From Marsupella aquatica (lineage: Eukaryota > Plantae > Marchantiophyta): DNA of 64,000 nt. A program made the translations under genes and the position numbers. Where the stretch lies: positions 19,555,048-19,619,047 of the forward strand of contig OZ316891.1 in assembly GCA_973895155.1 (NCBI GenBank), read 5' to 3'. The first letter of the stretch is position 1. Each line of letters begins with the position of its first letter. Shown one piece after another: positions 35,925-51,400 of this stretch. Below the pieces are notes generated by a model, which saw only the letters and a program-made list of their open reading frames with translations, had not been told where the DNA came from and ran no database searches.

Positions 35925-38900
35925 ATGGGAGCTCTGGCCGTGGCAGGGTCACACCTGCGGCAATTGCCTGGCCTGAATTTCCCCCAATCCTTCTCTTCTG
36001 TTGCCTCCTCGTCTCGGTCCTGTTCTTCACAACTACGGGCAACTTGCGTGCCGCTCTCTTGTTACCACACTCTACTGTCGAATTCGTCCTCCAAGATATA
36101 CGCTCCGGAGCGAAGACGATCTCGCAGTCGTTTAGCCTCGGGAGTTCGCGCGGCGCAGCGGATTGCTGAAGAGGCGGAGCAAGCTGAATCGAAGGTATGA
36201 CCTGAGTGGTTTCTCATTCGATCGTGAATTTGTTGATTCTAGTTGGAGATTTCTTCTTCAGGTGGCAGAGGCTAAGTTTTATTATTTTTCAATTGTCTTT
36301 GGGGAGGGGGACCTAGGGACGAGTTGGCACTGCTCCTGGGATTTGATGGAAAGTTTTATGGCAGGATACTGCTCGTGATCTTGATTTTGTGAGCGAATCC
36401 TTGACTGAGGTGCACCATCTTTACCGTTCTCCGTTTCTCGACAAAAATGCCACCGAGGCTCTACTGAAAAAGGTTAGTCTGGCTGATGAGATTTTTTACA
36501 AGCTGCACAGTTGCCTTTGAATTGTCTTGACCACCTCTATTGGCAAATTAGCCCTGACATTGAATTTTGGACGGTGTTGACCATTTGTTTTGAAATTTGT
36601 GATCAAATCGCCGCCGTGTGTAGACGGATGCATCGCATAGAATTTTTCTTTTTTCCAATGCAGACTCTGTCAAGACTACTCTGCTAGTTGTGCGTGGAAG
36701 ATGTACAGAATGCCATTGTGTATAATTTAAGGTTGGATGGAATTCGACAGGTTCAAGAGAGAATTTCATCGGATGTTATCTCGATCGAAACTGAGCAGGT
36801 GAATAAATCTCCCCGCTTCCAAAGATAAACGAATGGTCTAGACCTCCAATTTTTAGTGCTTGGAATTGGGTTTGCGGTTTTGATCTATCCAATATGGTGC
36901 TGTAGTGCTACAATGTCGAATTGCGGGGCCCCCTTTCCGCTGAAAAGTATGATGTGCTTAAGTGGCTACTCCGAGAGACATACGAGCCACAACTGCTTCA
37001 ACCTTCAAGTTTCCTGGCAGCGAATAATGCCATTGAAGGTGGGATCCAGCCATTTCTGACCCCCTCGCAGAGCTTATGCACTTAGAGCTGAGTTTTTGTA
37101 CGTTTGTCTCGGGAAACTCTTTCGTTGGCCACGGTTCATGTGTTTGGAGTGATAATGGAATCCTTCTTTTGAACCGATTGTCATTCTTTGTCCACAGGAA
37201 ATGCTTCTTCCGTTGTTGTCGAGGTGGGTCCTCGGCTTACTTTCACAACAGCCTGGTCTGCCAATGCAATCTCAATATGCGGTGCCTGTGCGTTACCTGA
37301 GGTGTCCCGCATCGAACGTTCAAGGAGATATCTGTTACGTCTTAAGCCTGGCTCTTCTCATTTGGAAGAAAATGTAACGGAGAAGTTTAGTTCGATGGTA
37401 AGCAATCTCTGTTGCATTTCAAATCTGGGACTCTTTCGTCTAATTTAGAGGACTGTTTATATCAGTTGGACAGTTCCAACGACTTCGCGAACAGACACTG
37501 AATTTCTGAATACGCATTTCGAAGGTGATGTTGCGTGCACTTCACTTTGGTATTTACTCATTCGTTCCATTGTAACCTGTCATATTTTTCTGTCTTTATT
37601 ATGTCAAGGTGCACGACAGGATGACTGAATGTGTTTACCCTTCAAATTTGAAGACCTTTGCGACGAATGTCGTTCCAGAGCCTGTCATCGAAATACCTGT
37701 GCTTGAGGTACCTAAAAGTCTGATTTGTGCTATTTCTCTGTAAGAACAGTTTGCGCTTCTGTGACTCTCGTTGTCGTCGTCCAATTTGATCATCTCTGAT
37801 GTTCAAGGTAGATTTTTTTGTATGGAGACATGAACATTCTCAACCTTCTCTCAGGTTTTCATAAAAATGATTGTTCTCACCAGAACTACAGGAATTTATA
37901 GGAGTTCAGTTTCAGTTGTGGCAGCAGATCAGAGGGTTTTGTTTGTAACAGCCTACTCATGACAGATGTGGTGGTTACACTTCTGTGTTCAAGCAAGGAA
38001 GGACAGCTTTGGAGGAGATCAATGTCAGACTGGGACTCGCTTTCGATGACTTCGACCTTGACGTAAAATCTTATTTCAAATATCGTTCTTGCAAGCTTTG
38101 TCTATGCCAGTCATGTCTAGCATTGAGTTTTCTGTGGCGTCAGATTCTATATACTGTTTCCGTCCTAATGTTTGTGATCACTTCTATTCAGTATTACACC
38201 AAGCTGTTTCGATCTGACATCAAGCGGAATCCAACAAATGTTGAGTTGTTTGATATCGCCCAGTCAAACAGTGAACATAGCCGACATTGGTTTTTCAATG
38301 TATTGGTGAAATCCTTCCTTTTTATGTTTCCCTTTCATACTGTATTCAGTTAGTTTGTGAGATCAAATTCTCTCTATAGCTTTCAAAGTTGTGGTCAAAC
38401 TGTTTCAAGTCATATTGGTGTGCATCACTTGCCTGCAGGGAGAGCTAGTACTTGATGGCAAGCCTGCTCCCAGCTCGCTCTTTAGTCTTGTCAAAGATAC
38501 TTGGCGGGCAAATAAGAACAATTCTGTGATCGGCTTCAAGGACAATTCCAGGTGATATCTTGTTTTTTTTTCTATCTTGTACATTCTGTTTTGATTTGAA
38601 AGCGATGACATTTAGTCCATTTTTTTACTTAAACCTTGAATTCGTGCTGGTGAGGCATTTAGCTTTGTAAACCTAAAAACTTCGCTCGAGATGAATCACA
38701 ATCGCGGATCAAATCGATGGAACGAAGTATTCATTGAAGCGCTCTAGGAAAGTTACATCCGAACACAGCAACATGTGAAACAGGGAGTGCGGTTACAGAT
38801 TGTTTTGGTTCACGTTGAGACTTGGAAGCTGAGCTTTCAGGTTGAACAGAACTGTGTTTTCATCTACTCGATACAAATATGAGACTCTAAGATCTGCTTC

Positions 38901-41900
38901 AAAAGGATATGTACCATGTCTTCTGGGGGAAATGGCGTTAGTCCTAGAATGCAGCATCATAAATTCTGCAAGCAGTTTTTGACCCCCATTAAAAACAGCA
39001 CCAAGTCAATGCTAGGCGTCGCAGTTGTCTGGTTTTATGGTAGCTCTAAATGGAGACATGAAATTACGATTCCGCTAATAAACTGTGTCCCTGTTGATAT
39101 GATTTTTGCTGGGCAGTGCATTACGGGGACGAGTGGTGAGTGCCTTGAGGCCAGTGTCACCAGGAATGTCTACTGCTTTACAGCCTCTCGATTGTGACCT
39201 CGACATTCTCTTCACTGCGGAGACGCACAACTTTCCCTGTGCGGTAAGTTTGTCCTTGAGGATCTATCGAGTTGTTCAGTTTTTTCCTTTGTTTTGCACT
39301 ATTACAGTCTGTGCTTAGTTTTTGTTTAGGAGCTAGGAGGAGTATGCCCTGTGCTGGGGTATGTCGATGCTTACTCACTGTACATTTCTGCTGCTTCATT
39401 ATCTGATAGTTAAATAACTTCCTGTAGGAGTTGTGAATAGACACTGTGGTTTCATATGAAACCTGGTCTGAGTTTGGCTTACTTATTTTCATCTGTGTTC
39501 CCATGTAGGTTGCTCCATTCCCTGGTGCTGAGACAGGTGCAGGAGGTCGTATCCGCGATACTCATGCAACGGGTATTGGATCTATAGTCGGGGCAGCCAC
39601 TGCAGGTTACTGTGTTGGAAATCTTCAGGTGAATCCACTTTTAGCGAAAGAAACAATCGCTGGGGGCCGCTTCTTAAATAGTGATTGATCTGTAATGCAC
39701 CTGGTTATGCGTCTGCTTTTGGGGGCATATTGACCAAAGATGTTTGTTTTGTTGGATTTACCTGCTTACGGAAAGCCTGACCATCAAGCCATACCTGTTT
39801 GTTAGATGGAGGACTCTTTTGCCCCTTGGGAGGATAGCAGCTTCGTTTACCCTCCTAATTTGGCACCTCCCCTCCAGGTTTGGCAAGTTTCAATCTTTGC
39901 TCTCTGTTTCATCGTGTTTAAGAAACTTTCTTGGCCGAATTTGTTCTCAAGTGAATTGGTTGCAATTCTTCACGTGGTCATTTACATCTGCTGTCAAAAT
40001 GGCTGCCTTAATGTTGCGCAGATATTACTTGATGCAAGTGATGGTGCTTCTGATTATGGGAACAAGTTTGGTGAGCCGCTCATTCAGGTATGTTTATTTT
40101 GTTATTCTGGATTCGTTTTGTCTTGTGTTGAATGGAGATTGTGTTGAATGGAGAAGGTGTATTTGCCGAACGGGATGAATGCTAAACCTGCCTTGCTTGG
40201 TATGGCTTTTCTCAGAAAGGCGGAGGTCGTGTTTGTTATTTAGATAGACTTGGAAGTGGAAGTGCTGTCAAGGGTGGGTGATTTTTTTATTCGCGAGGGT
40301 TTTGGTCTGGACAATTGCCTGAATAGTTTGCTGGGGATTCTTGACTCGACATGTTTTTGGGAAGCTTGTGTGGCAAATGGTGACCATGTCGAGGTATTGG
40401 AGCAGGGATATACACGAACTTTTGGGATGAAACTGCAGAATGGAGAGCGAAGGGAGTGGCTGAAGCCAATCATGTTCAGCGCCGGCATTGGGCAGGTTCG
40501 AGTGCAAAGTCTCTGACGAGACTCGGAGAGGCTGGCTTATAGTCATGGCAGTTCTCAAGTGCTTGTTATTTATTGATTGCATGGATGCAGAATCTGAATG
40601 ACACTTTTTTACTGCCGGTGAAGTCCCACATGTTTTCTCTGAGCATGCAAACGAATTCTGTCTTCCAGATTGACCATCGGCATTTGGAAAAAGAGGAGCC
40701 TGAAATTGGAATGCTTGTTGTGAAGGTGATTTGAATTCCCTTGAATAAAGTTCTTTCTGCATGTCATATTTCTTGGATTATCGTTTTGAATTGGTTTGTT
40801 ACTGACTATTGCGAATACCGTGTCATGAATTGGTTGTCACTTTTCATAATTGATTGTATCCATTCGAATGTTTCTTTACAACCACAATGCGCACAATTAA
40901 CCGATAAACATTTGCTGAGGACCTCATGTATCAACCCCTATATCCTCGTGCAGATTGGAGGACCTGCGTATAAAATTGGCATGGGTGGTGGAGCCGCATC
41001 CAGTATGGTATGTGCGAACTGTGTGTCTTACGGTCAATCCCGATTGTTCTCAAGGTCTAGTATCCTCACTTGGCAATTGAATGTGGCTGGCCTTCTATTT
41101 CATAGTTTATCACCGACATACTGTTCAAGAATGTTGTGTTTGTAGCTAGAAAGTTCTAGAAATGGTCATTGTTGAAATTGTTCATTGCTATCATATGCCA
41201 AAACTTTCGAATCGCTGAACGAGTGTATTCAAGCATGATCCCTACATCTAGGGATGGTTACAGAAGGATGAGTACTTGGAACGGATACTCAAGCATGATT
41301 TCTACATTGAATTCAATAACAGTCAGCATATTCTGATTCGTTGGTTCGTGCTTGGGATGAGACTGAGATGTAAGAGATATGACGTTTTTTATTGTCTTCG
41401 ATTCTTCTGCAACCTTGGAGTTAACTGATTTCTCAAGTTAACACTATTGTTGACTCTCACAGGTGAGCGGACAAAATGATGCCGAGTTGGACTTCAATGC
41501 TGTCCAGCGCGGGGATGCAGAAATGGCACAAAAGCTCTATCGTGTGGTTCGCACTTGTGTCGAAATGGGAGGCAATAACCCCATAGTGAGCATACACGAT
41601 CAAGGAGCTGGAGGGAACTGTAACGTCGTGAAAGAGATAATCTATCCGAAGGTGAGAATTAAGGGGCTCTGATTTATACCGACTACACTATTTGAGCACC
41701 CTCACCGTGCATGTTATTTCTCGTTTTTAAATTCTGAAGAACCTTAGGAAATATCTAGACCTCTGCCACTGTCTCTCTTGTTTTTCCACTCAAGACTATA
41801 GGCAACGTGTTAAAAATTACAAACCTGCATATTTTCTACAGACGATGGTTTTGGTTGTTGTGTCTCTTAACTCCCCGCATGCGTTCTGCAGGGTGCAGAG

Positions 41901-44900
41901 ATTGATATACGGTCCATAGTTGTTGGTGACAAGACAATGTCTGTGCTGGAAATCTGGGGAGCAGAATACCAAGAACAAGTAAGGTCTCGACTTAGATTCA
42001 GTTGGCATAACAGTTGTCATTACCTGCCATTGCCGTGGTGTAAATACAAGATGCTAGCGTTACGGTCAATGGAACTTGCTGGCCTTGTGTTGACTGCCGG
42101 TCCTTACCAGCGATTACAACTTTCTCTTACATTTGAGGGGGCTGTTGAGTTAGAGTCCCTGTGTAACCATCTTTTGTAATTTGGCAGGATGCGTTGTTGA
42201 TCAGGCCGCAGAGTGAGGATCTGTTGCGTTCTGTGTGTGAGAGGGAAAGAGTGTCCATGGCAGTAATTGGAAAAATCAGGTACTTGAAAGCACCATATTT
42301 ATAATCTGGACTCCATTTTTCAGGGGAAATCTGGGGTTGGGCAGAATTAATTTTGCACTACATGTGAGTCAGTGGAGCATGAAACTTTCAGGTCAGAGAA
42401 CTCCAATAAACATAAGACGCGACAGACACGTCTTGCAAATTGACCTTTTTGGAGTGGCTAGTCTGTCTATTAGTACAGTAGTCTGTGGCAGCCTAAGTAC
42501 CTAGAGGAATCATTTACCTGCCCAAGACAAATTAGAGCTGCGTTAGTGTATCGTGACCCATCTTTAGGTAAGCAATCACAAAGAAACCCCTACAACTATG
42601 TAAGTGAAAGAATAGATTTATTTTGAGTCAGGAAAGCTTCATAGGGTCCAAAGATGAGAGAGCTTATAGCAGCGGATGGCCAATGAGAACAATGATCGGG
42701 GCTAATGTGAAGAAAACCATTAGTGAAACTAACCTTTCCCAACAGGCGACGATTTAATCAAGGTGTCTGTTAGATTAGGCAATAGTGGTTCTAAATAACC
42801 TTCCTCTGGAGGTCAGGCTCTCACTAGGTAACTAAATCTTGCTACTTCCAAACGATGTCCAAGACCAAGACAAGACCATTGTGAAGGCATTTTTTGGTCA
42901 TTGCAGAAGCTACGACCATCCTTTCTTGATTTTGATGAAGTCCTCATAGACTCGGCCCCAGGACATAATCCGTTTGCGTAAGGGCCAAAGTCAAGCCTGT
43001 TTAGTACATCTCTTAGCTACTAGAAGTCCTGATCAAGCCAACATGTTTAAGGAGAAGGGTACAAGAGGGTTTTGGACAATTGATTGATGTAGTGTAGGAC
43101 AAGTTTGTGCGTCAAGATTTAGCATGGAGTATGCAGATTGTGTTTTCTTGGGGCTGTATTATATACACTTTGTTCAGCTGACGGTGAACAAAATTTCCGG
43201 GTTGGGTGCAGTGGTGAAGGGAAGGTGGTTCTTGTCGATAGTATTGCAAGGCAGGAAGCAATCCTCTCTGGCCTTCCCGAGCCCCGGCCTGCAGTTGATC
43301 TGGATCTAGAAAAAGTACTTGGAGATATGCCCAGAAAAAAGTACCACTTTACAAGAAGTGTACCTCAGGTGGAGGCTTTAGATATTGCACCAGGGTCGAC
43401 AGTATTCGATGCATTGTACAGAGTGCTTCATCTCCCCTCTGTCTGTTCAAAGCGATTCCTGACGACCAAGGTTGATCGATGTGTAACTGGGCTGGTAGCT
43501 CAGCAGCAGACCGTGGGCCCTCTTCAGCTGCCTCTTGCCGACGTTGCTGTTTACAGCCAGTCCTACACAGGAATTTCGGGTGGTGCTTGTGCAATTGGAG
43601 AACAGCCTGTGAAGGGTTTGTTGAACCCCAAGGCCATGGCTAGGCTGGCTCTTGGAGAGGCATTAACCAATCTTGTGTGGGCCAAGGTGACTGCATTAAA
43701 GGACGTGAAGGCGAGTGGAAATTGGATGTATGCTGCTAAACTTGACGGAGAAGGGGCGGATATGTTTGATGCCGCTGAGGCTCTCCGTGATGCCATGATT
43801 GCATTGGAAGTGGCTATTGATGGTGGGAAGGATAGTCTTTCCATGGCTGCACAAGCAGGTGGCGAAACAGTGAAGGCTCCAGGAAATCTCGTGATAAGTG
43901 CCTATGTATCGTGTCCCGATATCACTAAGACTGTCACTCCTGATCTTAAGCTTGTAGATGAAGGTGTGTTGTTGCACATAGACCTTGGTAATGGAAACCG
44001 GCGCCTTGGAGGGTCGGCTTTGGCCCAGGTCTATGACCAGATTGGTGATTCCTGTCCTGACATTGAAGACATTAAGTACTTCAAGTCTGTCTTCGAAGCT
44101 GTTCAGGTTTTAGTGGATAAGAGGCTGGTCGCTTCAGGACATGATATAAGCGATGGTGGAATTGTGGTCGCCTTGTTAGAAATGGCATTTGCGGGAAATT
44201 GTGGCATGGTTGTCGACTTGCCTTTGCCACCAAATGATAGCTCTCAGCTTGCACCATTTGCCGCTCTTTTCGCAGAAGAGCTGGGTCTCCTGCTGGAGGT
44301 AACAGAACAGAACTGATATTTCTTTCTATGGGCTGTTCTCATTCATGGTTTTTTGGAAGATAGAAAATGCTAGGATATGTCAACAGGAATGCATCGTCCA
44401 TCGCAATGAAGGATGGTAGGGTCATTGAATATTGGAAAATCTGTTATTTATTTGGCTATATTCATTAACGACTGGTGACATACTTTGGAATACGTTTTTT
44501 TTATTATAAAGAATTGGCAGTGCATATTGTCAGAAAGTAGATCTTTTCATCATCCATGCTTCAGGTCTGGCATTAAGTGAAAGTCAAAAGGTGAATCTTT
44601 TTGTTTTTCATATATCGAAGGCCTGAAAGTCTGAATCTAGTTATCGATGTTAAATGCGGTAATCTATTGCAGGTGGATCGCAATCAGCTGGATGCAGTAC
44701 TCGTGGACCTCAAAGCCGCCGGTGTCTCGTGTAGTGTGATTGGGCATGTCACCAGTGATCCCACCGTCAAGGTCTCTGTTGGGGGAGAAGTACAAGTAGA
44801 TAGGTCTACTGCATATCTTCGTGATGTGTGGGAGGATACAAGTTTTACTCTCGAACGACTGCAGCGACTAGAGTCATGCGTACAGGCAGAGCAGGAAGGG

Positions 44901-46028
44901 TTGAAAAGCAGAACAACGCCAGCGTGGGAGCTGTCTTTTGCTCCTTCAAGAACAGCAGATAATTACATGAGTAGCATTGCCAAACCCAAGGTTGCCATCA
45001 TCAGAGAAGAAGGCAGTAATGGAGATCGTGAAATGTCAGCCATGGTCTTAGCTGCTGGTTTTGAACCGTGGGACATTGCTATGTCTGACCTTTTAAGGGG
45101 AAAGGCATCACTAAAAGAATTTAGGGGCTTAGTGTTTGTTGGTGGTTTCAGTTATGCCGATGTTCTGGATTCAGCCAAAGGATGGGCAGGCACAATACGA
45201 TTCAATGACCTATTATTGGAGCAGGTTCGTAATCTGGTGTAGATCAATTCTCATACTGGCATCTCTTTCTTTTGTTAATTAATTACATTAGAAAACAAAG
45301 TTGGATTCCCAAGATTCGAAGAGACTTGCTGGTCAATTTCTTGGCAATTGATGTTTTGGACTTGAATTTATGATGATCGTCGCAGTGGGGAAGTATCTTT
45401 AAGAGTAATCTCTGAATTTCCTTCTTTCTGTTTGCAGTTTCAGGAGTTTTACAATCGGCCGGATACTTTCAGTCTTGGTGTTTGCAACGGCTGTCAGTTA
45501 ATGGCACTACTTGGTTGGGTTCCTGGAGCTGCAGTTGGAGGAACATTAGGTGAGGGCGGTGACGAGCATCAACCCAGATTTGTCCACAATGAGTCTGGTC
45601 GCTTTGAGTGCAGGTTCTCTTCTGTCAGAATTGAGGAATCTCCTGCTCTGATGCTGAGAGGCATGGCTGGGACTAAAGTAGGAATATGGGTTGCCCATGG
45701 TGAAGGGCAGGCTTTGTTCCCTGATGAAGGTATTCTGGATCAGGTGAATCAGCTATCTTTAGCACCAGTAAGGTACTGCGATGATTCGGGGGAGGCTACT
45801 GAGGTATACCCTTTTAATCCCAATGGATCACCCCAAGGTATTGCAGCATTGTGCTCTCCTGATGGTCGGCATTTGGCAATGATGCCACATCCCGAGCGGT
45901 GTTTTCTCATGTGGCAGTTTCCTTGGTCCCCAAAGGAATGGGATCTTGATCGCGATGGCCCAAGCCCATGGTTACGTTTGTTTCAAAATGCTCGAGAGTG
46001 GTGTGATGCATCAAGCTCGAATGTATAA
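35925..46028 (+). CDS. PUR4: Phosphoribosylformylglycinamidine (FGAM) synthase, organelle-targeted, multi-exon
   Basis: S/R-rich transit peptide in exon 1 (35925-36194). Exons encode LKWLLRETYEP, VEVGPRL, AQSNSEHSRHWFF, AETHNFP, KPIMFSAGIG, IGGPAY, SIHDQGAGG, KVDRCVTG, DGGKDS, HDISDGG, REEGSNG, GVCNGCQ (glutaminase Cys) and MMPHPER. Introns are GT-AG; stop at 46026-46028. Confidence 0.95.
42420..43060 (-). mobile_element. Degraded LINE RT remnant in the long PUR4 intron
   Basis: Minus-strand fragments LNRLDFG and LAP/SLFSLAI resemble L1 RT motifs; heavily decayed. Confidence 0.35.
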
Positions 46029-46499
46029 CAATTTTTCCAAAGACTTGTTTTGTAGTATGTTCACTTTCTACGTGTCTTCTGGGTCCTTTGTTTTGCTCTC
46101 TTTGGGTCTGTTCTACTTGCAAATAGTAGAGATGCAAGGTAGACAAATGAGTTTTAGTTGTACATGATAGCCCAGCGAAATCTGCTGTGGCAACGGTTGT
46201 GTGTCCGTCAGCCTTAGGTGGTTGATGTGTGGTACTTATTCTAAGGCTTGACGAGCCTTTAAGGATAGGATGGACTACACTCCTCTGTGGTATTGACAAA
46301 AGGGTCTCAAACAGAATCATGGAGCGAAAAGCATGCATAGAAATGCCTGCCTTCACCACTTTGGAGTGTGATGTGCATGAAATTTGATAAGGTCAGGACA
46401 ACTGGCAAAGTGTTTGCTTAGTGTGATTTCTCCATTAAGGGGAATATTATGATATGATTCTTCGGGGCAGAATTTCCTTAGTGCTGCATCATTCATCGA

Positions 46500-47150
46500 C
46501 AAATTATACACTCGTTCACAAGCTGAAAGTTAGAGAGTGAAGTTTGGACAGACGGGGCCCAATGCAGTGGCCTGTCTACATCCTTTGGATCCAAGGTGTT
46601 CTTCTTTTGGTGCCCTTTCACTTACTATCAAGGATACCAATTCCTCATGTATAACGCCTCTGACCAGAAGAATTACATCCGTTAGCTCCATATGACATTT
46701 CTCTCCCAAACATACCATGCGTCATGACCTCGATAACATTCATCATTATCAACAGGTTTGAAATAAATACATGATTAGAATGTCCCGTTCCCAAGAATTA
46801 GATAGCCCACCTTTCGTACTCAACACACGCGGGAGGAACTCAATAACATTCATCACATTCGACATTTTTAAAGTAGGTTAGAAACTAGCAAATATTTAGA
46901 ATGTAAGTTTCCCCAAAAACTAGTAATAAGCCTACCCTTCTTCCAGTCAGCCAGTTGGCTAAGATCGAGTCCACTAAAGGAATGCAGATTACGATCAGAA
47001 CAATTTGTCAACTGTGTCCACCAGTACCGGTAAGACCTTGTTTTAATATCCACAGCAAAACCAAAAGTGGACCAAATTACCAGGCTCTAGGTTCAAGACC
47101 GTAAGGGACTGAACAACCAAGACAAAAGACAATGTTTTCAGATATTTTTA
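46500..47150 (-). mobile_element. Degraded LINE remnant
   Basis: Minus-strand fragment GCRQ...LGP resembles the RT GxRQGxPLxP motif. Confidence 0.3.
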
Positions 47151-48404
47151 GTAAGCTAGCCATTATCTATCAATGAACTTGACCAACACCCTTTGCTCAT
47201 TTGTCACTGTGGAAATGTTGGCATTGCGAAAGTGCTCTCCATATAGGAGATTAGATCCTAACATGCAAAAGTGTGGAAGAGAAGGTAGAAATTGTGCAAA
47301 TGTTAATAGTTCCTGGAATACAAGGAGGGCATGGCACCAAGAGGGAGCTCAAGTGGGGCAAGCAGAGTCAGGAGACAAAGGCCTCACAGGGTAGCATGCC
47401 TGGACCCCACATCAAGGACAAGGCGTCAAGAGGTGGAGGGCGCACACTTGGCGCACAGGGAGTAAAAAAGGACCTGGCCTATTTCAAAAATCATTTGGGG
47501 AGGAGAGAAAAAGGCACGCACGAGGGGCATCAAGAGGCAGCTCTTCTTTAGCCTGGGTTGATTGCTAAGACCCAGGCCAAATGTAAAGACTAGCCTGATT
47601 ACTTGTCCCTTTAACATAAATAGACATGAAGAGAAAAAAAAAACTTGCAGAAAAAAGGATTCTATGTTATTTTCTGTTCATCTTTGGTATGGACCGAAGA
47701 GCTCCATACCAATGGCTAGGACTGCGGTAGAATTTGTTGACCTATCCTAGACATTGATATGGAGCTGTAGTGCGGTATGGTGCATTGATGCATTTACATT
47801 TGACCCGAGTGTCAAAGAGTGTAATCATGGCATATTAGTCAATTCTTGAATTTCAGTCGCAGTGGCGGATTTTAGTAATTATGGACCCCCTGACAAGTCT
47901 CGGGTTGGTTGTTGGAAACATTTCACTTGAAGCGCCACCGGGTGACATTGAGGCCTGTGTAATAAGGTCAGAAGGAGGTTTACTTGGTTTATATCTGTGG
48001 TGAGACAAAGGGTGGTGCTTGAGCCCTGCGTGGAAAATGAATCTACCTTTGTTGGAGAACATCTATTACTATACTTAGAAACACTACAATATAGGTAGAC
48101 AAACTAATTTACTTAACTTTCCGGGTCCACAAACTAATTTACGTAAGTTTCCATGGCAACTTAATGAATCTGCTACAATGATCCTAAACGAGCGGGCCCC
48201 CTTTTTAAAACTGGACCTCTCGCTCCCCCTCCCTTCCTTCCGGATTGAGCCTTTTCATCTGTCATGACATTGGAATCCATGTCCAGCTCCCAACCAAAGT
48301 ATTTGAATCCAGCTATGGATCCCTCCTGACCTCTGGGACTGCAGCCCGACTGCTCTGGTCCCGGAACTCATAGTAGAGTGTTGGGGTGTTTCAGAAGGAG
48401 CAGC

Positions 48405-51400
48405 ATGAACGCTCTCGTGGGCCAATTTTCGCCATTGCTCATGGAAGCTCTGTTGCCTTCTTCCCCTTTACCCACGAGCTCTCTTTGTGGGTCGTTGGGA
48501 ACCTCAGCTACAGCTACCAAACGCATGTTCAGGTTTACTTGCTACCATGATGTACTGAAGCTTCAGTTCTCAAGAATCCGTGATGTCCCAGCAGAGTACA
48601 AGGCGAGGAGGGCAAGTTCAGTGGCAGTGAGAGCTGGTCAACTGCTGTCCAACTTGGATTCGGATTTGAAAAGACAGACGACCAGTGCACAGGTTGGTAC
48701 TTGGCCATTCACTCGCCCGACTCTCAAATCCATTACTGTAGTAGCCCATTCAGGGCCGCCACGAGTGTGCATTAGGAGGATTGTTCGAGGAAGGATTTCA
48801 GTTCTAGATTAGATTTCAATTCAGCTGATTTGGGGATTTCCTGGATGTCGCCTAGGAAATGGAATGCGGTGAATGGAAGTGTGAAAACTTATCCTTGAAT
48901 GATTCTGATGATTGAAAAGCCCGAGATAGAAAACTTTGTGTCCTGTACCCCAAATCATTTTGCAACGTTGCAACTTCCGTCTGACTTCCGTCAGAAGATC
49001 CAGAACCCAGAATTCTCAAAGCTGGCCATAGGAAAATTCTGGGTCGTTTTTGGCGGTGGACAAGCTCTGTATTCAGTGTTGAGATGTCAATTGGCTTACT
49101 CCCTTGGTGAGCTGTTCAACCGAATTGTAAGTTATCGTGAAGCATCATATTCCTTACAATTGTAAGCAACGACTGGGTGATAGCATTTGAATCATTTGGC
49201 AGTTGAAGGGCAGGTCGCAGAATCGAGGGAACGACCTGAAGGGGTGTTGACACGAAGGACTCTCCTTGCCCTATCTCCTACAGCAGCGACGTTGCTGGTG
49301 TCTCCATCTTTGGCGGCCGTCACGGTTGAGAACAGGGCCCCTTCTGGAAATTTTCTCCTGCGAGGTTTTGGAATTGGGGACCCTGACATTTATTATCCAC
49401 GGTATTACTTCTCTACTGTAGTCTTTTTTGTTTCACAAAGAGATCTCTATATGCTCTCTTGAGGTTTTAAAACTCTATCTTGCTCTACTTGTTCGACCCA
49501 CGTACCGTGCCAGTGACAAACCATAGTGGTAGCTGTGACCTACTTTGTGATGTGTGCATCATGTATCGTTTTTAAAACAAAAAAGGTTCAGTTTGAGGAC
49601 CCTGCTCCTGAAAGTCAAGACAACAAAAAGCTAATCCGCCGGGATCATAACAAATGTATTCCATTTGCTGAAGTGGTGAACGGTCATTGCACAAGACAAA
49701 GGCAGTGGATTGACATTCGCAATTTCTATTTCTTCCTGAGAAAGTTATAGGTTTTCTTACAACAACATATTCTTTACGGCATTGTAGCCTATAGGCTTTA
49801 ATGATTTGAGACGCTTGTCGGCGTATTATAATACGGAGCAGATCCCTCCTGCAGGTTCTTTGAAGGAACATGGAATTGCTATTCGACTTTGATTGCAGTG
49901 GAGACACCACAAGTTAGTGAATATTCCTGCCTGGAACACCAAATTCGCTAATGTTTTCATTGTTCTTCTTGACTTTCATTACAAGTGGCGATTTTGAGGA
50001 AATCTATAGTAGAATATCCTCTCCTCCATCAAAAATGACTAATTTATTTTGCCTTTGTCTACGTTAGGGTGAAGAGAAGGTTGATTTGAAGGCTGTAGAG
50101 CAATCACGTAAGAGGCTTGGTTACACGGTAAGGTTTTATCGAATAGTCTACTTTCCGTAGTCAGCAGAGCCAGCTTTCTATGGACAAACTTTAACTGTAG
50201 TCTCAACAGAGAGCAACAAAATCTAGCAAATGTGTATATTATTGACTATTAAAGCAACAGAATTCAGGATACTGACTTGTTTCTCCTTGTGGAAAGATCC
50301 AACCAGACTACATACCAGGCTCGTTTTGTACCATTTGAAGGATATGTGGTCTGCGACAGGCTCTTCACTACAGTCGTAAGAACTATACCTCATCCAGCTG
50401 ACATGGTTTGCACTCCAGATTTTGTCTTGGTGAAATATATATATTTGGAAGGTTTTAAATTTGTGTTTCGCTCCGCAGTCACTTGTGGAGTCCATTATAG
50501 GAAAGAAAACAGTCGAACATGGGACATGGGACCCTCGGCAACCAAACCGGCTTGAGCTTATCCTTAGAGGTGGAGCCAAGGTAGCCTCAACATGACCTTT
50601 CTATCCGCTCAAATTTTCTGCTGCCTTTAGAATCTGAGAGCAGTCTTCGTACCGATATCTCGGTCTTTCTCTAAATTGAGACTCAGCATGCTGCAATTTG
50701 AGTTCGTTATGCACAAGGACTGCTGACGAACTGTTCAATTTATCATCTTCAGGTTGAAAATACTGTGACAAAGAGATCTGCTGGGATGTTTTCCCCATAT
50801 GAATTTGAGTCGGCTGAATTCTCAAGACAGGTATAATTCAACATTCATAAACGTACTTTCGGAAATGTTCGTCCGGAGCTTGGAGGGAGTCGAAATAACC
50901 ACTTTTGTCTCCCGACAATTTCTAAAACTTCAACAAGTGTGATTGATATACCTCCATCGTGGTTTGGCAGGTTTTGGACAATTTTTCAGTTAAAGACGGG
51001 CCACCTACAGTGAAGGTAGTTTCGTTTTTGTCCGGGAAGTATCTGGAACATGAGTAACGCTTCCTTGACCACCGCAAGCATATGCGTTTTTTTAACATCT
51101 GGTCAGTTTTAATAATCGTTGAGTTGGTTAGCTTGTGCCCAACTTCGTCCTAATCTCTCACACCATCTCTTCTAAGATCATTCCTAGCTGGTAGTCCATG
51201 AGTGGACAACTGACTAGACATGTCACCCATGCATGGGGCGCATCTGACTGGAGTAGAGCCAATGTTCATGTTACAGGCTAGCCAAAATTTGACAAGGTAT
51301 CAATGGGATATAGCAGCGGACGACGTATCCAAGATTGAGGTAGATTTCAACCTCTGGTTGTTACAGATTTTCTATGTTCACTAGTATAAGGTCCTTCTGA

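Noticed and set aside
35925-46028. PUR4 appears fragmented into many ORFs (possible pseudogene or split purL/purQ)
   Set aside because: The breaks examined coincide with GT-AG introns and the catalytic motifs are intact.
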